From Selaginella moellendorffii (Eukaryota > Plantae > Lycopodiophyta), in contig NW_003314280.1 in NCBI RefSeq assembly GCF_000143415.4, positions 2,215,549-2,279,548 of the forward strand: a DNA stretch of 64,000 nt. Direction: 5' to 3'. Shown piece after piece: positions 23,771 to 36,739 of the stretch (positions within the stretch are counted from its first letter, which is position 1; every line of letters begins with the position of its first letter). Made by a program: the position numbers and the translations under genes. The notes below the pieces were generated by a model. It was not told the origin of the DNA. It did not search any database and worked only from the letters and a program-made list of their open reading frames with translations.

Positions 23771-26700
23771 CTCCCACGTGTCATGTGTTGGTCCTTTTGG
23801 GTCCCTTTTTGGAGCCTCGCCTTTTGCTCGCTTCGTGCTCGTTCCTCGAGCCCTTCGTTGGGAGTTCCACTCCCGCTCTTGACTTTTCAAGTCGGAGCTT
23901 TTGGTCCAAACGTGTTACGCTCGTTTGGCTCTCGCTTCGGCCACTACCATGTGGCGCCCTTCCGGCTCCACTTTGGGGCCTAGGGATTTTGTGTCTCACA
24001 ACTCCACCACCCATAGACGAAGTTCGATGTCCTCATCGAACGGTGAACCATTTTATAAAGTAACACTTGCATGTGTTACCATTTCCATCCTTGGCGCGTA
24101 GCCAATATTTGTCAATGGTGTGACATTGAAGGCTCACCATGCCTTCTCCATATTCGTCAATGGTTGGACATTGAAGGCTCACCATGCCTTTTGCATATCC
24201 TCTAAGGAGGGTAGTCTCTTCAACTTAGAGACTGATTGGACCACATATAGTAGTTCTCTTCTTTTATTGGTTTAGTTCTCGCTAAACCTCTTAGAGACCC
24301 TTCTCTAAGTCAATCCCACTACTCCTTCTTGAGTAGTCTCAATTTCTGTCGATATAACCTTTGCACTTTGGAACTTTGAATTTTGACTTCTTGGAGTCAA
24401 TTTCCTAGGTGTCTTCGACACCTTGCCTTGCACCTTTTGTGCAACTCCACTTCCCATCCTAGGAAGTTCTCTACTCGAGGGCACCATCATCCTCTCTTCT
24501 ATTTTGTGCCAAAGTTCCAGTTATCATACTTTGTGCTAGGGCTGTTCATGGCCCTATCATTTGGCTACCTTACCGCTCCCTCCCTTGGAGCTTCCACTTT
24601 CGCCAAATCGGAGCATTTCGGAATCCATCCTTGGAAGTCCACTTCCTTTCCCACAAGCTGTTAGCACCGAACACATTAGTGTTCCTTGGCTAACTTTGCC
24701 ATTTGGATCCCTTCCATTAAATTCCATGGCCCAAACTTGGCCACTAGTCCTTTGCTCCTATCCTTGATTGTTGCACCCCGCAACATCGGATCGCTACCTC
24801 CATTTTTGAGGTATCCTTTCGGTTCCATAGCAAAGACTCTTCTTTGCCTAGTCCGGAGGATGTTTGCCCCTAGTATGTCTCTTTAGCATCTTCTGCTATG
24901 GGCTCTATCCATGGCCCAACTTCGTGACCCTCCCATGGGTCTTTTATAGAAACTACTTTCCTCGGACTCACTATGCCATCGCACGGACATAGTTTATTTC
25001 CCTTAGGTGCTCTTCCCACTTGGTCATCACGACCAAGCCACACCATCTTAAACAGTTCAATTTCAACATTTTGAACCAGGAACTTCATTCCTTAGCCAAC
25101 CAAGGACCTTGTCCTTATCTGGCCATAAGATCACCTAGTGATCTCACCTTGGCACGTTAACAGAGTTGCCAAGAGGTACTTGGTCTTCTAGACCTCCAAG
25201 TTGTTGACTATAACCCCGGGGGCATCCCCCACACTGGCGGTGCACCCAAGCTAGCCCTTACGGCCAAGGGTTCATAGCAACTGAGATTAGGTGTCCCCAT
25301 CTCACTCACCACGACCTTGGTGCCACTTGCACCAAAGCGTTCAAGTTAGATATGCCGAGCTTTCACTCTAAGCAATCTAACCGTGCATCACGACTCCGAG
25401 GCATCCCTCGCTTGGCGGTGTGCCCAAACCAGTCTCCCCACTGAGAGTCCATGACCACCGAAATATGAGTGTCCTCATATTCCAAACCATCACCACGCCC
25501 TAGTGATTTGGGACTCGAACCCAAGCACTAGAGGGTCGGGACTCAAACCCAACCTCCGTATATGCATCTACGGACGGCATCACACAAGATGCCTGGCGTG
25601 ACTCCCCACGCCGGTGCACCAACCTATTTTTAAAGCGCGCTACAGATCACAGCTTAGGAACCTAGTTCCTCCACATTGCCAAGTCCTCTCACTTGACATG
25701 TCTGTGATCATGCATGGACTCCTCCATGCTCGGCCCTATGGCCCACCCTTTTTGAAGTTATCACCTTCAACTAGGGTATTTTTTCCCCCGACGTGCCAAT
25801 CTCGCTTGGCAAGTCCTCCGACCACTGTAACATGGTTCCTGCATAAGCGTGAAAGTCCTTGACCATCGACTTTCGTTCAAAGCCCTCTCCTTGAACACTC
25901 GGGAACTACTTCCCTAACCTTGATAGCCTTGCCTCATGGCAAGCTTCAAGACCACACTTCTGCTGCGCCACTCTGATTTCGCGTGTTCCATGAACCATTT
26001 ACACTTGGCCTTTCTAAGTACTAAGCTACCTAGAATCGTCTTTGGGAACCTTGAAGGAACTCTGTCCCTCAGCTTGCTAAGGCCTCCCTTTTTGCAAGCC
26101 TTCCAAATGCCACATAGTCTAACATGGACAATTCCATATTTTAGACTCTCCATGGCATCACGGTTGCTAGCGGCAACACCCTCGAGCCCCCACTTGATTC
26201 TCCACTCCCAGCTGGCATAACCAACCTTGGTTATGCCCTTTGATTCCTACGGTTCGGTTCTATCCCCTTACTTCTTGCTTTTTGGCTTCACACCTTTCCT
26301 TTGGTCATTCTCCTCCAGACCAGGAGGATAGCTTTGCACTTTCTATCATGCTTTAGCAAGTATTCTTAGGGATGAACCTACCCAATAGCCTAAGGAGTGG
26401 TTCCTCAATCCGGGTATGCCCACCTTATAATCCCACGCACTGGGATTACATTGTTACTTATGGGCCTTTACCTGCCCATCACTAGCCTTGCCAAAATTCC
26501 ATTTTTGGCTTTGTCCAACTCGGGTAAACAGTCCTATCCTGTCTCCGCAACCTTGGACATTTGGATAGCACCTTCTATCCATCATTCGCTAGGGACTTAG
26601 TCCCTTGGGCTTTATCCATTGCCCTCGCGACATCAAACACCACCTTCTGGTGTTCTAGAGTGTTCGGGTGTCCCAATGATGGCTTTCTTGACAATGAGTA

Positions 26701-29096
26701 TTTCCTTTTATGACATTGACTTACTATATCGCAACACAAGCAACTTATCCCCCGTAAGGGTATATCCAACTTCCCTATGCTATTAAGAAGTCTTGGGTAG
26801 CTACCTTCTACCCGTTTAACCAGTTATTTTGCACCTCTTGCTTAGTTGCCTCATAGTTGTCAAGTCCTACAACTCATTGCTTGGTGCTTTCACACCTCCA
26901 TCATTATTTGGGTCACCACACTCCAACTGCATGCTCTGCAGCTTAGGCTATGCTATTCCCATTTCCATTGGGATTCCTTTGGCAAGGGGTTCTCATGAAC
27001 CCACCAACATAGCCTCAAGGTATCACACCTTGGCACATTTGGTGTCTCCACACCATCGGCTCCACGAGCCTACCTCTATGACATTTCCCCTTCGTGTCTA
27101 AGTCTTTGCCAAGACCCACACCGCTCTTTCTCATGCCAACCATCCGTTAGCACTGCACCATAGAGGTCACACACAACTTTATGTCAAAGTTGTTTTCTTC
27201 TGGGAACACCTTTCCCATAACTTTAGCATGGCACATTTTGCCATCGATGAGATACCCTCTGTTCTCATCCTTGGATCCTATTATCTCCCCCCATCCTTTG
27301 TGGGGTACAACACACCTCAGTCCAAATGCTTCCATCAGTCCTTTTAGGACCATCCGTTGACTCTACTTGAGTCATCCAGCAGTTTTGGACTTGGTTAATC
27401 CACAGACCTGTAAGGTCCTACTTGTGAGGCATTAGCTCACTGGAATACATTTCTTGCATTCCTGTCCTACTCAAAAGGACTATTTTCACAAGTGTTACTC
27501 CGACACTTGATTTTGTTCTTTGGGGGCAACCTTTGCCCCTTAGGACTACTTGTCCATGTGATGAGAACACCAACTCATCCACTTAATACACCCCCAACTC
27601 CTTGGGTTGTTCCAGCATTTATTAGAGGTAGCCCCGGCTACCTTTTCAAGGACTTGAGTCCTCTTCCGTATTTGACCTCCCACGGTCATTACTTCTGGTC
27701 TCACATTCATGAGCACCAACCTCAACTATATGAGGAAAATCTTGTGACTCCTTTATTGTTTTGGAGTCTTTATCTTTCCCGTGATCCCAACTGTAGTTGT
27801 TTACCACAACTACATTAGCCAGTTTGCTAAGTCAAACGCTCATCTGGATCACATCCTCAACTCTTTGAGGAAAACCATATACTGTTCCCAAGATCCCAAA
27901 GTCGTTCCCTTACTGGACCCTTTTCTATCCACCACATCGCGCCCAAGTTCATGCATGAACTCGAGTGGAGAGCCATGTCCTCTCGACGAGCTACTCCTCA
28001 AGGATAGGCCCATTCCTAGGACTTTCCGATGCCAATATCAATGGTGATATACTTGAGCACCAATAAAAGTCGGACTAAGGAACAGCTCCGATACCAAATT
28101 GTAAGCGACTAAATTTTCCATTCTACTTTAATCACTTAACCACACCTCTGACCACTTGGAGGAGTCTCATTCACAACCTCCATAAGTCCAATCCAGGACT
28201 TGGGACTTGCTAGCCCTGAGAATGGCATCCATGCCACTCAACATTTGCAATTGGTCCAAGTGCTCCACGTGTCCGATCCCATGACCGACACTCAAAGGTA
28301 CCACCGACATAGCAGCCCGTTACGCTAAGGCCATGCCCAATCACCTTTGCCACACTGGTAGTCCAATACCACTTGCATCACCGTCTTGGCTCTCCAAGAC
28401 TAGGCAAACCATCCGTGAGTGGTCATCTCAGATCCACTCCTTAGCATCCTTAGGATGCCCCCCGACAAGGGGAATAGCCTTCCCCAATATCCCTCTGTCA
28501 GTCCCCACTAAGTCCCTTTCTGCCCCTGGCCGTGTTTGCCAACACTGCCACTGGATCGAGACCCACAGGCCTGACCACTAAGTCCCACGGTCCTCTGGGA
28601 CTTCCTCACCACACAATTGTGTCCTTGGTCACTACCCCAGAGGACTGCTCCTCTTCCTTTCCACAGTCTGGGCCTTTGGGACAACATTTCGGAACACCGT
28701 GGCCTTACGCGAGCCACCTGGGTACTCTCCTCGCCTTCTGCCCTTGGGTGCTCTAGCCATGGGCTTAGAGCGGGTTCCGTTGAGCCACACCAGGTATCCA
28801 AGTAGGTAGTGCCATCCACACTTGGACTGGGAGCATCGGCCAGTCGATCTCCCGGGGGAACTAGAGCCGGCTCTTGAACACTTCACCAAGCTACCCCGCT
28901 TGTCGGTCTGTGTTCACTCTAGTCTTGGACTTCCTAGTGGGCAGCTCATCACCCAACACTGGGTCCGGCCTTCCTGGGCCAAACTGGCCTTTCCTGGCCA
29001 AACTGGCTCCACTGCAGTCCTCCCCCTACTATACTTTTGGAGCTCACCAAACCCCCCAGGGTCTGGGAGACGAACGCTTTGGGCTTTCACCCTCTC

Positions 29097-29207
29097 AGGC
29101 TCCGGACTCGGACTCGGACTCGGACTCGGACTCGGACTCGGATTCGGACTCAGACTCGGGCTCGGGCTCGGTCTCGGCCTCGGCCTCGGTCTCGGTCTCG
29201 GTCCCGA

Positions 29208-29239
<32 letters not shown>

Positions 29240-29750
29240 CCGGTCTCGGTCTCGACTTCGGACTCCATCTCGGACTCCATCTTGGACTCCATCTTGGGTC
29301 CATCTCGGGTCCATCTCGGGTCCATCTCGGACTCCATCTCGGACTCCATCTCGGGTCCATCTCGGACTCCATCTCGGACTCCATTTCAGGTCCATCTCGG
29401 GTCCATCTCGGGTCCATCTCGGACTCCATCTCGGACTCCATTTCGGGTCCATCTCGGGTCCACCTCGGGTCCATCTCGGACTCCATCTCGGACTCCATTT
29501 CGGGTCCATCTCGGGTCCACCTCGGACTCCATCTCGGACTCCATCTCGGACTCCATCTCGGGTCCATCTCGGACTCCACTTCGGACTCCAACTCGGGTCC
29601 ATCTCGGACTCCACTTCGGACTCCAACTCGGGTCCATCTCGGACTCCACTTCGGACTCCAACTCGGGTCCATCTCGGACTCCACTTCGGACTCCAACTCG
29701 GGTCCATCTCGGACTCCACTTCGGACTCCAACTTGAGTCCATCTCGGACA
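29097..29750. repeat. LTR-internal minisatellite, second LTR
   Basis: Same units as 23045-23770 but a different copy number. Confidence 0.95.
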
Positions 29751-31014
29751 CTCCCACGTGTCATGTGTTGGTCCTTTTGGGTCCCTTTTTGGAGCCTCGC
29801 CTTTTGCTCGCTTCGTGCTCGTTCCTCGAGCCCTTCGTTGGGAGTTCCACTCCCGCTCTTGACTTTTCAAGTCGGAGCTTTTTGTCCAAACGTGTTACGC
29901 TCGTTTGGCTCTCGCTTCGGCCACTACCATGTGGCGCCCTTCCGGCTCCACTTTGGGGCCTAGGGATTTTGTGTCTCACAGTGTCCATGCCACGTGTCCA
30001 TAGGAACCCGAGGTTCAGGGCCTTGAGCCACTGAACGAAGGAACGGTGCCAAACTCCCATGTGTGACGCCAAGGAGTGATGGAACCGGACCACGGAGCAA
30101 CTCACGAGCATATAGCCCAAGGAGCGAAGGGACAGGAGCCCGGAGCGACTTGGAACAGTCCTAGAGCAACCAGCATCCCAATGCCAGAACCAGCATGCAA
30201 AACGGAGCTAAACGGAGTTTGGCGCTATTTCGGCATACCGGTGGCCTAACGTGAGGATATGGGTACTCCACCAGCTAGCATGGAATGGAACTTGGGCTTA
30301 GACCCAAGCCGGACACAGAACAAGGACAGACACGCAAGCGGAAGCTAGACTATGCCTCAGGTTGGTCAGCCATGCCCGACCTACCCACTATCCCTACTAT
30401 ACATTTGGAACCCCCCATAGCCCCCCCCCCCCTTGAGGAACACACGCTTTGGGCTTTCACCCCAAGCCTCCCTTAGTACCAGGAGTTAGTCTCTGGGACA
30501 AGCTCAAAATTTACTAAATATGGAATGTCCTTAAATTGTGAATTTGGACACGGGACGAACACCATTGTGTTCAGGCCAATCTCTACATCTGTAGATATGC
30601 CAAATGAGCAAATCTGGACACTTTCCATAAATAGCATTTGGGACCGAAATAAGACCAACACAAAGGGCATGATAGCGAGGGTGTTTGGCAGACACGGTAA
30701 ACTATCATCTAGCGATATTGAGGGACCAAGCTCAATATCGCGGGGGTTCCCAACACTAGCAAGTGCAAGCCAACATCATGAGTTTCTCATCACTGTGTCA
30801 AGTCTGCTTGACTAAAATGACAACTTAGGATTTCCTTCCTTAGTGCCCTTCCGGTCTAAGTGCACATGTGATGACCAGTTTCTTAACTAGCTTAGGCGGA
30901 GACTAATAACAGGTCCAGCAATACTGACCTCCTGCCATCGTGGCAGTAAGGTAAGAGTGTCCGTAAGGACTGGCCGACAAGTAACTTTCGATACCCGAAG
31001 TCACATTCGCGACA

Positions 31015-34000
31015 CTCTCCCCCCCTAGGGAAGATTGACGTCCTCGTCGATGCATACTCGAGTCTAGAATACCGCCAAGGAAACAACTCCAAAAAAAAAG
31101 TTCACGATACTCACACTATGTGAGAAATGCACCAACTTAAATGAGTTAAAGGGGCAACCTCTTTGTCTAACGCGGATGCGCTACCAGCTCAGACACCTTC
31201 CAGCCGTCGCCAACATGGAAATGACCAACGGAGTCAGCCACCCTTGCTGCTCTGGGAGTCACCCAACTTACAAAAGTGTGATATGCCCCTGCCCACAAGA
31301 ACATAGAGAGAGAAGCCAGAGGCCCCAATCCTCCTAAGCAAAGAAACCAAACCCGTCGGTAAGGTTTAGATAGACTACTGTAAACAGGCAGTTAGAGTTG
31401 TTTACACGGTCACGCCCTTGTAACGGAATAAGGAACATCGACAAAGAGGCGGGTTATGTGACCAGTCGACAGTAGCTACCCCATGACTAGAGATTTCAAC
31501 ATGCACACGAAGTGCCGAAGCCAGTCTGCCTATACTGGCCCAAACTTAGAGATCAATGGATGGACAATATCAAAGTCAGAGACAATGATATCTAAGAAGC
31601 TTAATTACTAGTGACTATATCTTAGAGTAGAACACAAAAGTATTCTAAGCAAGTTATCATCCGATAAACCAGTAGTATTGTAGATAGGAACCACCAAGAT
31701 CAGCATAATTGGTAAATATAGGATTCACCATCCAACAAAATTCAATAGCCAATTGATCATCAAAGAAACTCAATGATGAAACTTAACTACCGACAATGGC
31801 AGATAGTATGCCAACCACTCACAAAACGCAACTCAAAGAACACAAAGTATCATTGACTAACAAGCACAATGCTCACGAATGTATCACTCGAAGGAAATAA
31901 CATCCTAATCTATGAGAATTAACTCGAGCAATAATCAACAGAAGAGAATGAATGTGGTAAGACCAACAAACACTCAATCCTGCCAACTATCACAAAAGCC
32001 AATCTGAATAGATCCCAGCCAACAATACTAAGGAACTCAAGTTGCCTAAGCAAATGTCAGCAATATCCTACTGACGTCTCAAACCCAAGAAACCAATCCA
32101 GAGCAAACCACAAAGAACATGTGGTATTGCGAAAAGCCAAAAGCCATCAAAGAGAACAACCAACTATTATGAAAGATCATCAATCATCCTATCAATAAAG
32201 AGATGCAAAATCACCGTTTAAGAAGGAATCCACCATTCCGAAGAATAGCAAATCATTCTAGATCAACGATAATCAAGCAAAACCTTCGACAAAGATAATC
32301 AATTATCCTAGATGATAATCAATCATCACCAATGATTGCTAGATGCAAATACTAACTTCAACATCGAAGCTAAAGAGCCAAAACTGCGGACAAATGGAAC
32401 AATGAGTATGAAAACTCAAAGAACCAAAAGCTCGAAGAAGCCTATAGCTAAGTCTTGCCTAATAATGATCACAAGTCTCATAGAAGCTAACTTCAATGCT
32501 AAAGAAGAAATCATGGTGCAACCCACAATGTCTTCTTCAACACATCCATAAGCCAAACTTCATAATACCAAAGCTAATGAAGAGCATTTCTGCATCAATC
32601 CAAAAGCTAAGCACAATGGAGCTATGCTCAACAAGTAATCACTAAATGATCCTCCATGAATTCATCTATAGCAAGACGTAACTCACTTCGGAACAAGCAC
32701 AAGGGAATCATCAATGATCAATATAGTCCAATTCAAACCCAATAAGGATTCAAACTTCCCAATGTCGATCACTAACTCTTCCGCTTGTAGAGTTAGCATA
32801 GTCCACGATTGAATCACTTTTCAAGGAAAAGCTAAAGCTCAACCCCTACTAAATAATCTTATCTAGAACACAACTAACTTAACTTGCCACTTAGTTCATT
32901 TGAACGTCAACACAATTGCTAACTAGCAAATGCATGAATGCCAACAACACAAAGCTAAAGCCAAATCATCAACACTATTTTTATTAAAACTAATGAAACT
33001 CAATATCAATCCTACAGAGAGACATCTCATTTCACTTGAATCTCAATACCAACAATGTCAACGATAGGGCATCACTTCAATGCCATCAACATCAGAACAA
33101 AACTAGAAGAAAGCAAGAGTGAATCACCACCCAAAGCTCTCAAGCAACCAAGCTAACCAAAGTCGAAGATACTTTACTTAATATCCAAGACCAATTTCTT
33201 CAGCAATACTCAGTTACAGATAACACTTCCTCAAGGAGTGAATCACCACATCCAAGACTAAATGAAATCTAACACCACAAATTAAATGTAACCAAATGAT
33301 ATCGACAAAGGTAGTGTCGACATGTCAACATGGAAAAACCATGTAAGTCTAACAACACGATCCTCCGCAACATCATCCGGTAAAGCAAGCTCATCACTGC
33401 TAAATCATTATCGAGTGAAGAAAGTATCAATAGTCTTTTGACAAAGTCTACCAGTAATCACTAGTTGCAAAGCAACTAACAATCACCCTTCAACTTGCCT
33501 TCACAAGACCCGAACACTAACTCATGTCATCGAGTTACATACTTATCCAACATGAACACAATACCCCAGGGACGAGATAAAAGTTCATAGACAAGCACAA
33601 ACTAAATGACCACTCGAATCCAACTCAACCGCAATAAGCTCACTAATGCATTTAGTCAATAGCTCTGAGCATGCCTTGAAGAGGCTAGCTATGTGATTAA
33701 CACTCAGTCGAAACTAAAGTGAAGACCATGAGATGGACTCATATCGGTACACAACCTCCTCATAGACAAAGCTATAGTACAGGTACCAACATCTTAACCC
33801 TAAACAACCAAGTTGGACATCACCATCTTCAGCCAAGGCACAGTGCTACCAAGACTAAGTCAAGATCAGTGAGAGCTCACTACTCTTATAGAGTTTAACG
33901 AAATGCAAGATGCAAACTGCCACCAAGCACAACGCTACAAAAGAAAGGCACAAAGGTCACCTTTCTTAGAAAAGCGCAACGGCCACTTTCCTACATCAAC

Positions 34001-36142
34001 TCCAGACTCTATCCAACCCAATTGCTTTAGCCCCAAAAGTCAGCATCCCTTTCGGGCCGCATCATACAAACTACCTACTAAGATCTAAGCCAACCAAAGT
34101 CAACTCCAACTTCTTCACTAGTTTGTATTGGCTTACGAAAACGGAATGGTTTTCGGTAAAGTGACCAATAGATCAGCTATTGGAGAAGTCTAAGAAAATT
34201 TGTGGAAAATTTCCCATCCTAGAGAAAGAATGACTCTCAGTCCAGGATTGCAAACTTTCAAGACTCAACCAACTTCCTCCTACCTACAACTTCACATAGG
34301 TTCACCTCAACACAAATTCTCATGATCCATCAATATGCTTAAGCATCGAACATCTTTGCCCATTTTTCCAATATCCAACACCGACATCCGTAAAGTGCTG
34401 AATGAATATCTAAAACTTGATCACGAAGACCACATCTTCGGATATCCACATTGCACTAACACTCTTCTTCAATCACCTTCAAGATTCAATGTGAAGTCAA
34501 AACACTAACAAGAAAAATGACATGAAAAATCAAGGTCTAAGGAAAATTCCTCATCACTCAAAATAACAATGCCACTTCCACTAACACCAGTGCTAGCAAT
34601 GTCAATGCCTCAACTACACACCTTCTCCATCCAACAATCTACTCCAAGTACTAATGGATCAACCGACAAGTCATAGCAAGTGAATGCTATAACCTTTTTT
34701 CAACACCAATGGGCAAACTCAAGGAAACAAGGTACCAACTTAAGCTTAGCACAATGGATCACCTCTGAGAATCCAGTTAAAGCTACTACAATGCTACTAC
34801 GTGCAGGTAGACTAGCTTCACCATTAACCACTTTGGGGTTGATCATCATTTACCCAAGCAACTTCGTAAACACATTGTTCATTATCACATGGATATGATA
34901 TAAATCACAATGACTTGATCATCAATTGAGTAACGCAATGAGCAATGCTTATGTCATTACTTCAAACGTTTATGTGAGTATCAAATGCCAACTCGATTCG
35001 ACAAAATGCAACATAAATGCCACACTCCACCAATAGAGATTTACGACACCCAACACCACTAACTTTTGTTCACAACACAGACAAGCTCATGCCACTCTCT
35101 TTCCGACCAATCTCAAAACTATTTCAACACCAAGCTACTCAAGGAGCAATAGCAAGGTTCCCTGGAAAAGAATTGAGCATTGCAACCCAAGCCTTCCAAT
35201 AGCAAGCCTAGACAAAATGGTTTAGTGTTTCACCACTATCCATCCCATAACTCACCACTTGTAAGACTATCACTTCCAACATGCATCAAGATAAGGACTC
35301 TTGATTGCATAATGTGAACACAAGTAATGAGTTAACACCTCGTTGCAAATCATCTCTCCAAGAAGAAAAAATGATTTACGTATTTGATCCTCCGTCCCCG
35401 ATGACTCTCTTTTCGGTCTCATCTTTGACCAAACCTCAAGCTTGCTTTCGCACTGCTTTTAGTTCAATCGAAGAAAAGTTTATGAGAGAGCACGGCAAAA
35501 ATTACTTGAACCAATAGACTATTCCCTACAGTCTTGATTGATCCACTTATAATCATGCCTAGGAAGGATCCACTAGTGCCGTGCTAAACCGCTACGGACC
35601 AGCCTATTTGCCACTCATAGCAAACCCAGGAAAAGTTTATTTTCACCCATGGTATATGGAACAACTCATGGAACCACCGATAGGCTAACATTAATCCTGC
35701 CAACTCAAAGTGTAACCTCGAGTTGCTAATGCGCCTCACTTACGAGCCCAAGTGCAAACTCATGTAACGGAACAACTCAATTCACCCTATGAGCCCAAGA
35801 GCAAGCTCACATAATATGGAACAAAAAGGTAACCAAAACCTATCCCAAGGAACCAATGTGAAGTCTTTGCACCCAAATGTGTACCCACTCGGATCATTGT
35901 TTTCATCTCTGCGTATGCAACGAGACTAGTTGCCCAATCTCATTGGATAATATCGTTGAGACTCATTCTCTGATACCAACTGTAACGCACTTTATCTCTC
36001 TCCCCTTAAGCCAACTAGAAAAGGGGCAATTGTTTGATGAGAGAGCCCTTAGTGGCTATTTTATCCCCATTTATCTCCCAAAGTTCCAAGGATCCACGGT
36101 GACAGTATATCCAAATCTCATCCCATGATCACATGCACTATA
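31015..36142 (-). mobile_element. Heavily decayed LTR-retrotransposon interior (possibly Ty3/gypsy) with PBS and truncated 5' LTR
   Basis: PPT at the left end. PBS TGGTATCAGAG on - at 35968-35978 next to an LTR end TGTAACGCAC at 35981. Strong A/C strand skew. Only faint RNase H-like words (ILMDHENL) on -. Confidence 0.6.
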
Positions 36143-36430
36143 GTATGGGATGGTGAGCTTGCTCACAGGTCACAGACATAGGGCATCAAGTTTGTGCTCC
36201 ACAACGAGGGGGTGCTCTTTGAGTCTGGCTACCCTAGATCGTGCTGGGAGAGCACAGCGAACTCTATAAGAGAATGCACACCATGCTCAACAGGTCTGTG
36301 GGCTCCACGCCTCTCAAGAAGTACCTCACACCAAGTAACGGATGAGTACGTGGAGCAGGAGCACCAAGATCTTGCTCCCAGAGGGTAAATTATTCTCCAG
36401 CATATATATTCTATGATCCTGATATGGTGA
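36143..36430 (+). pseudogene. P450 copy 3, part 3
   Basis: GTATGGGATGGTG...KFVLHNEGVLFESGYPRS; inverted homolog of ~3085-3422. Confidence 0.82.
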
Positions 36431-36739
36431 TCTTGTAATACGACTTTCGAGGATGGATTGAAAGCACCTGGGAGTGGTGGCAGCCGCAGTTGTTTTCTCG
36501 CTCTCCTTGCCTAGCTCGTCTCCCTCGGCGCTGGAAATCGATCGGCTGTATCTAGCCCATCAAGCAAAGGTAGGACGGGATTTAGTATCTGGTGCAAGGC
36601 TTGAAAGTGGCAGGCACGAGCCGATACTACAAGATCAAGTTTCCCAAAGGCAACTAAACCTGGTCTCCCAGTAATTCCCGATGGAATTCCTTTCAATCAC
36701 GAGTTACTTCTGGTTGCAATCCAAAATATGTAAACCCGA

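Larger units (their letters stand above)
22048..29980 (-). mobile_element. Structurally intact non-autonomous LTR retrotransposon (LARD-like)
   Basis: LTRs 22048-24000 and 28100-29980 (TG...CA) with 5-bp TSD GTGTC. PBS TGGTATCGGAGC on - at 28085-28096 and purine-rich GGTGGTGGAG next to the left LTR. The 4.1-kb interior has no ORF over ~110 aa. Confidence 0.93.
21926..31014 (-). mobile_element. Older ~1.15-kb LTR (21926-22047 plus 29986-31014) split by the younger element
   Basis: TGTAGCGCAC...TTCGCGACA. An iMet-type PBS (TGGTATCGGAGC on -) lies at 21912-21923 and a polypurine tract on - (plus-strand CTCTCCCCCCCT) at 31015-31026. Confidence 0.65.

Noticed and set aside
17292-30034. Long ORFs (200-413 aa; RS-, SD-, LG-rich) on both strands over the LTR arrays
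   Set aside because: They result from stop-free 6/11/12-bp tandem units, are open in nearly all frames and differ between LTR copies.
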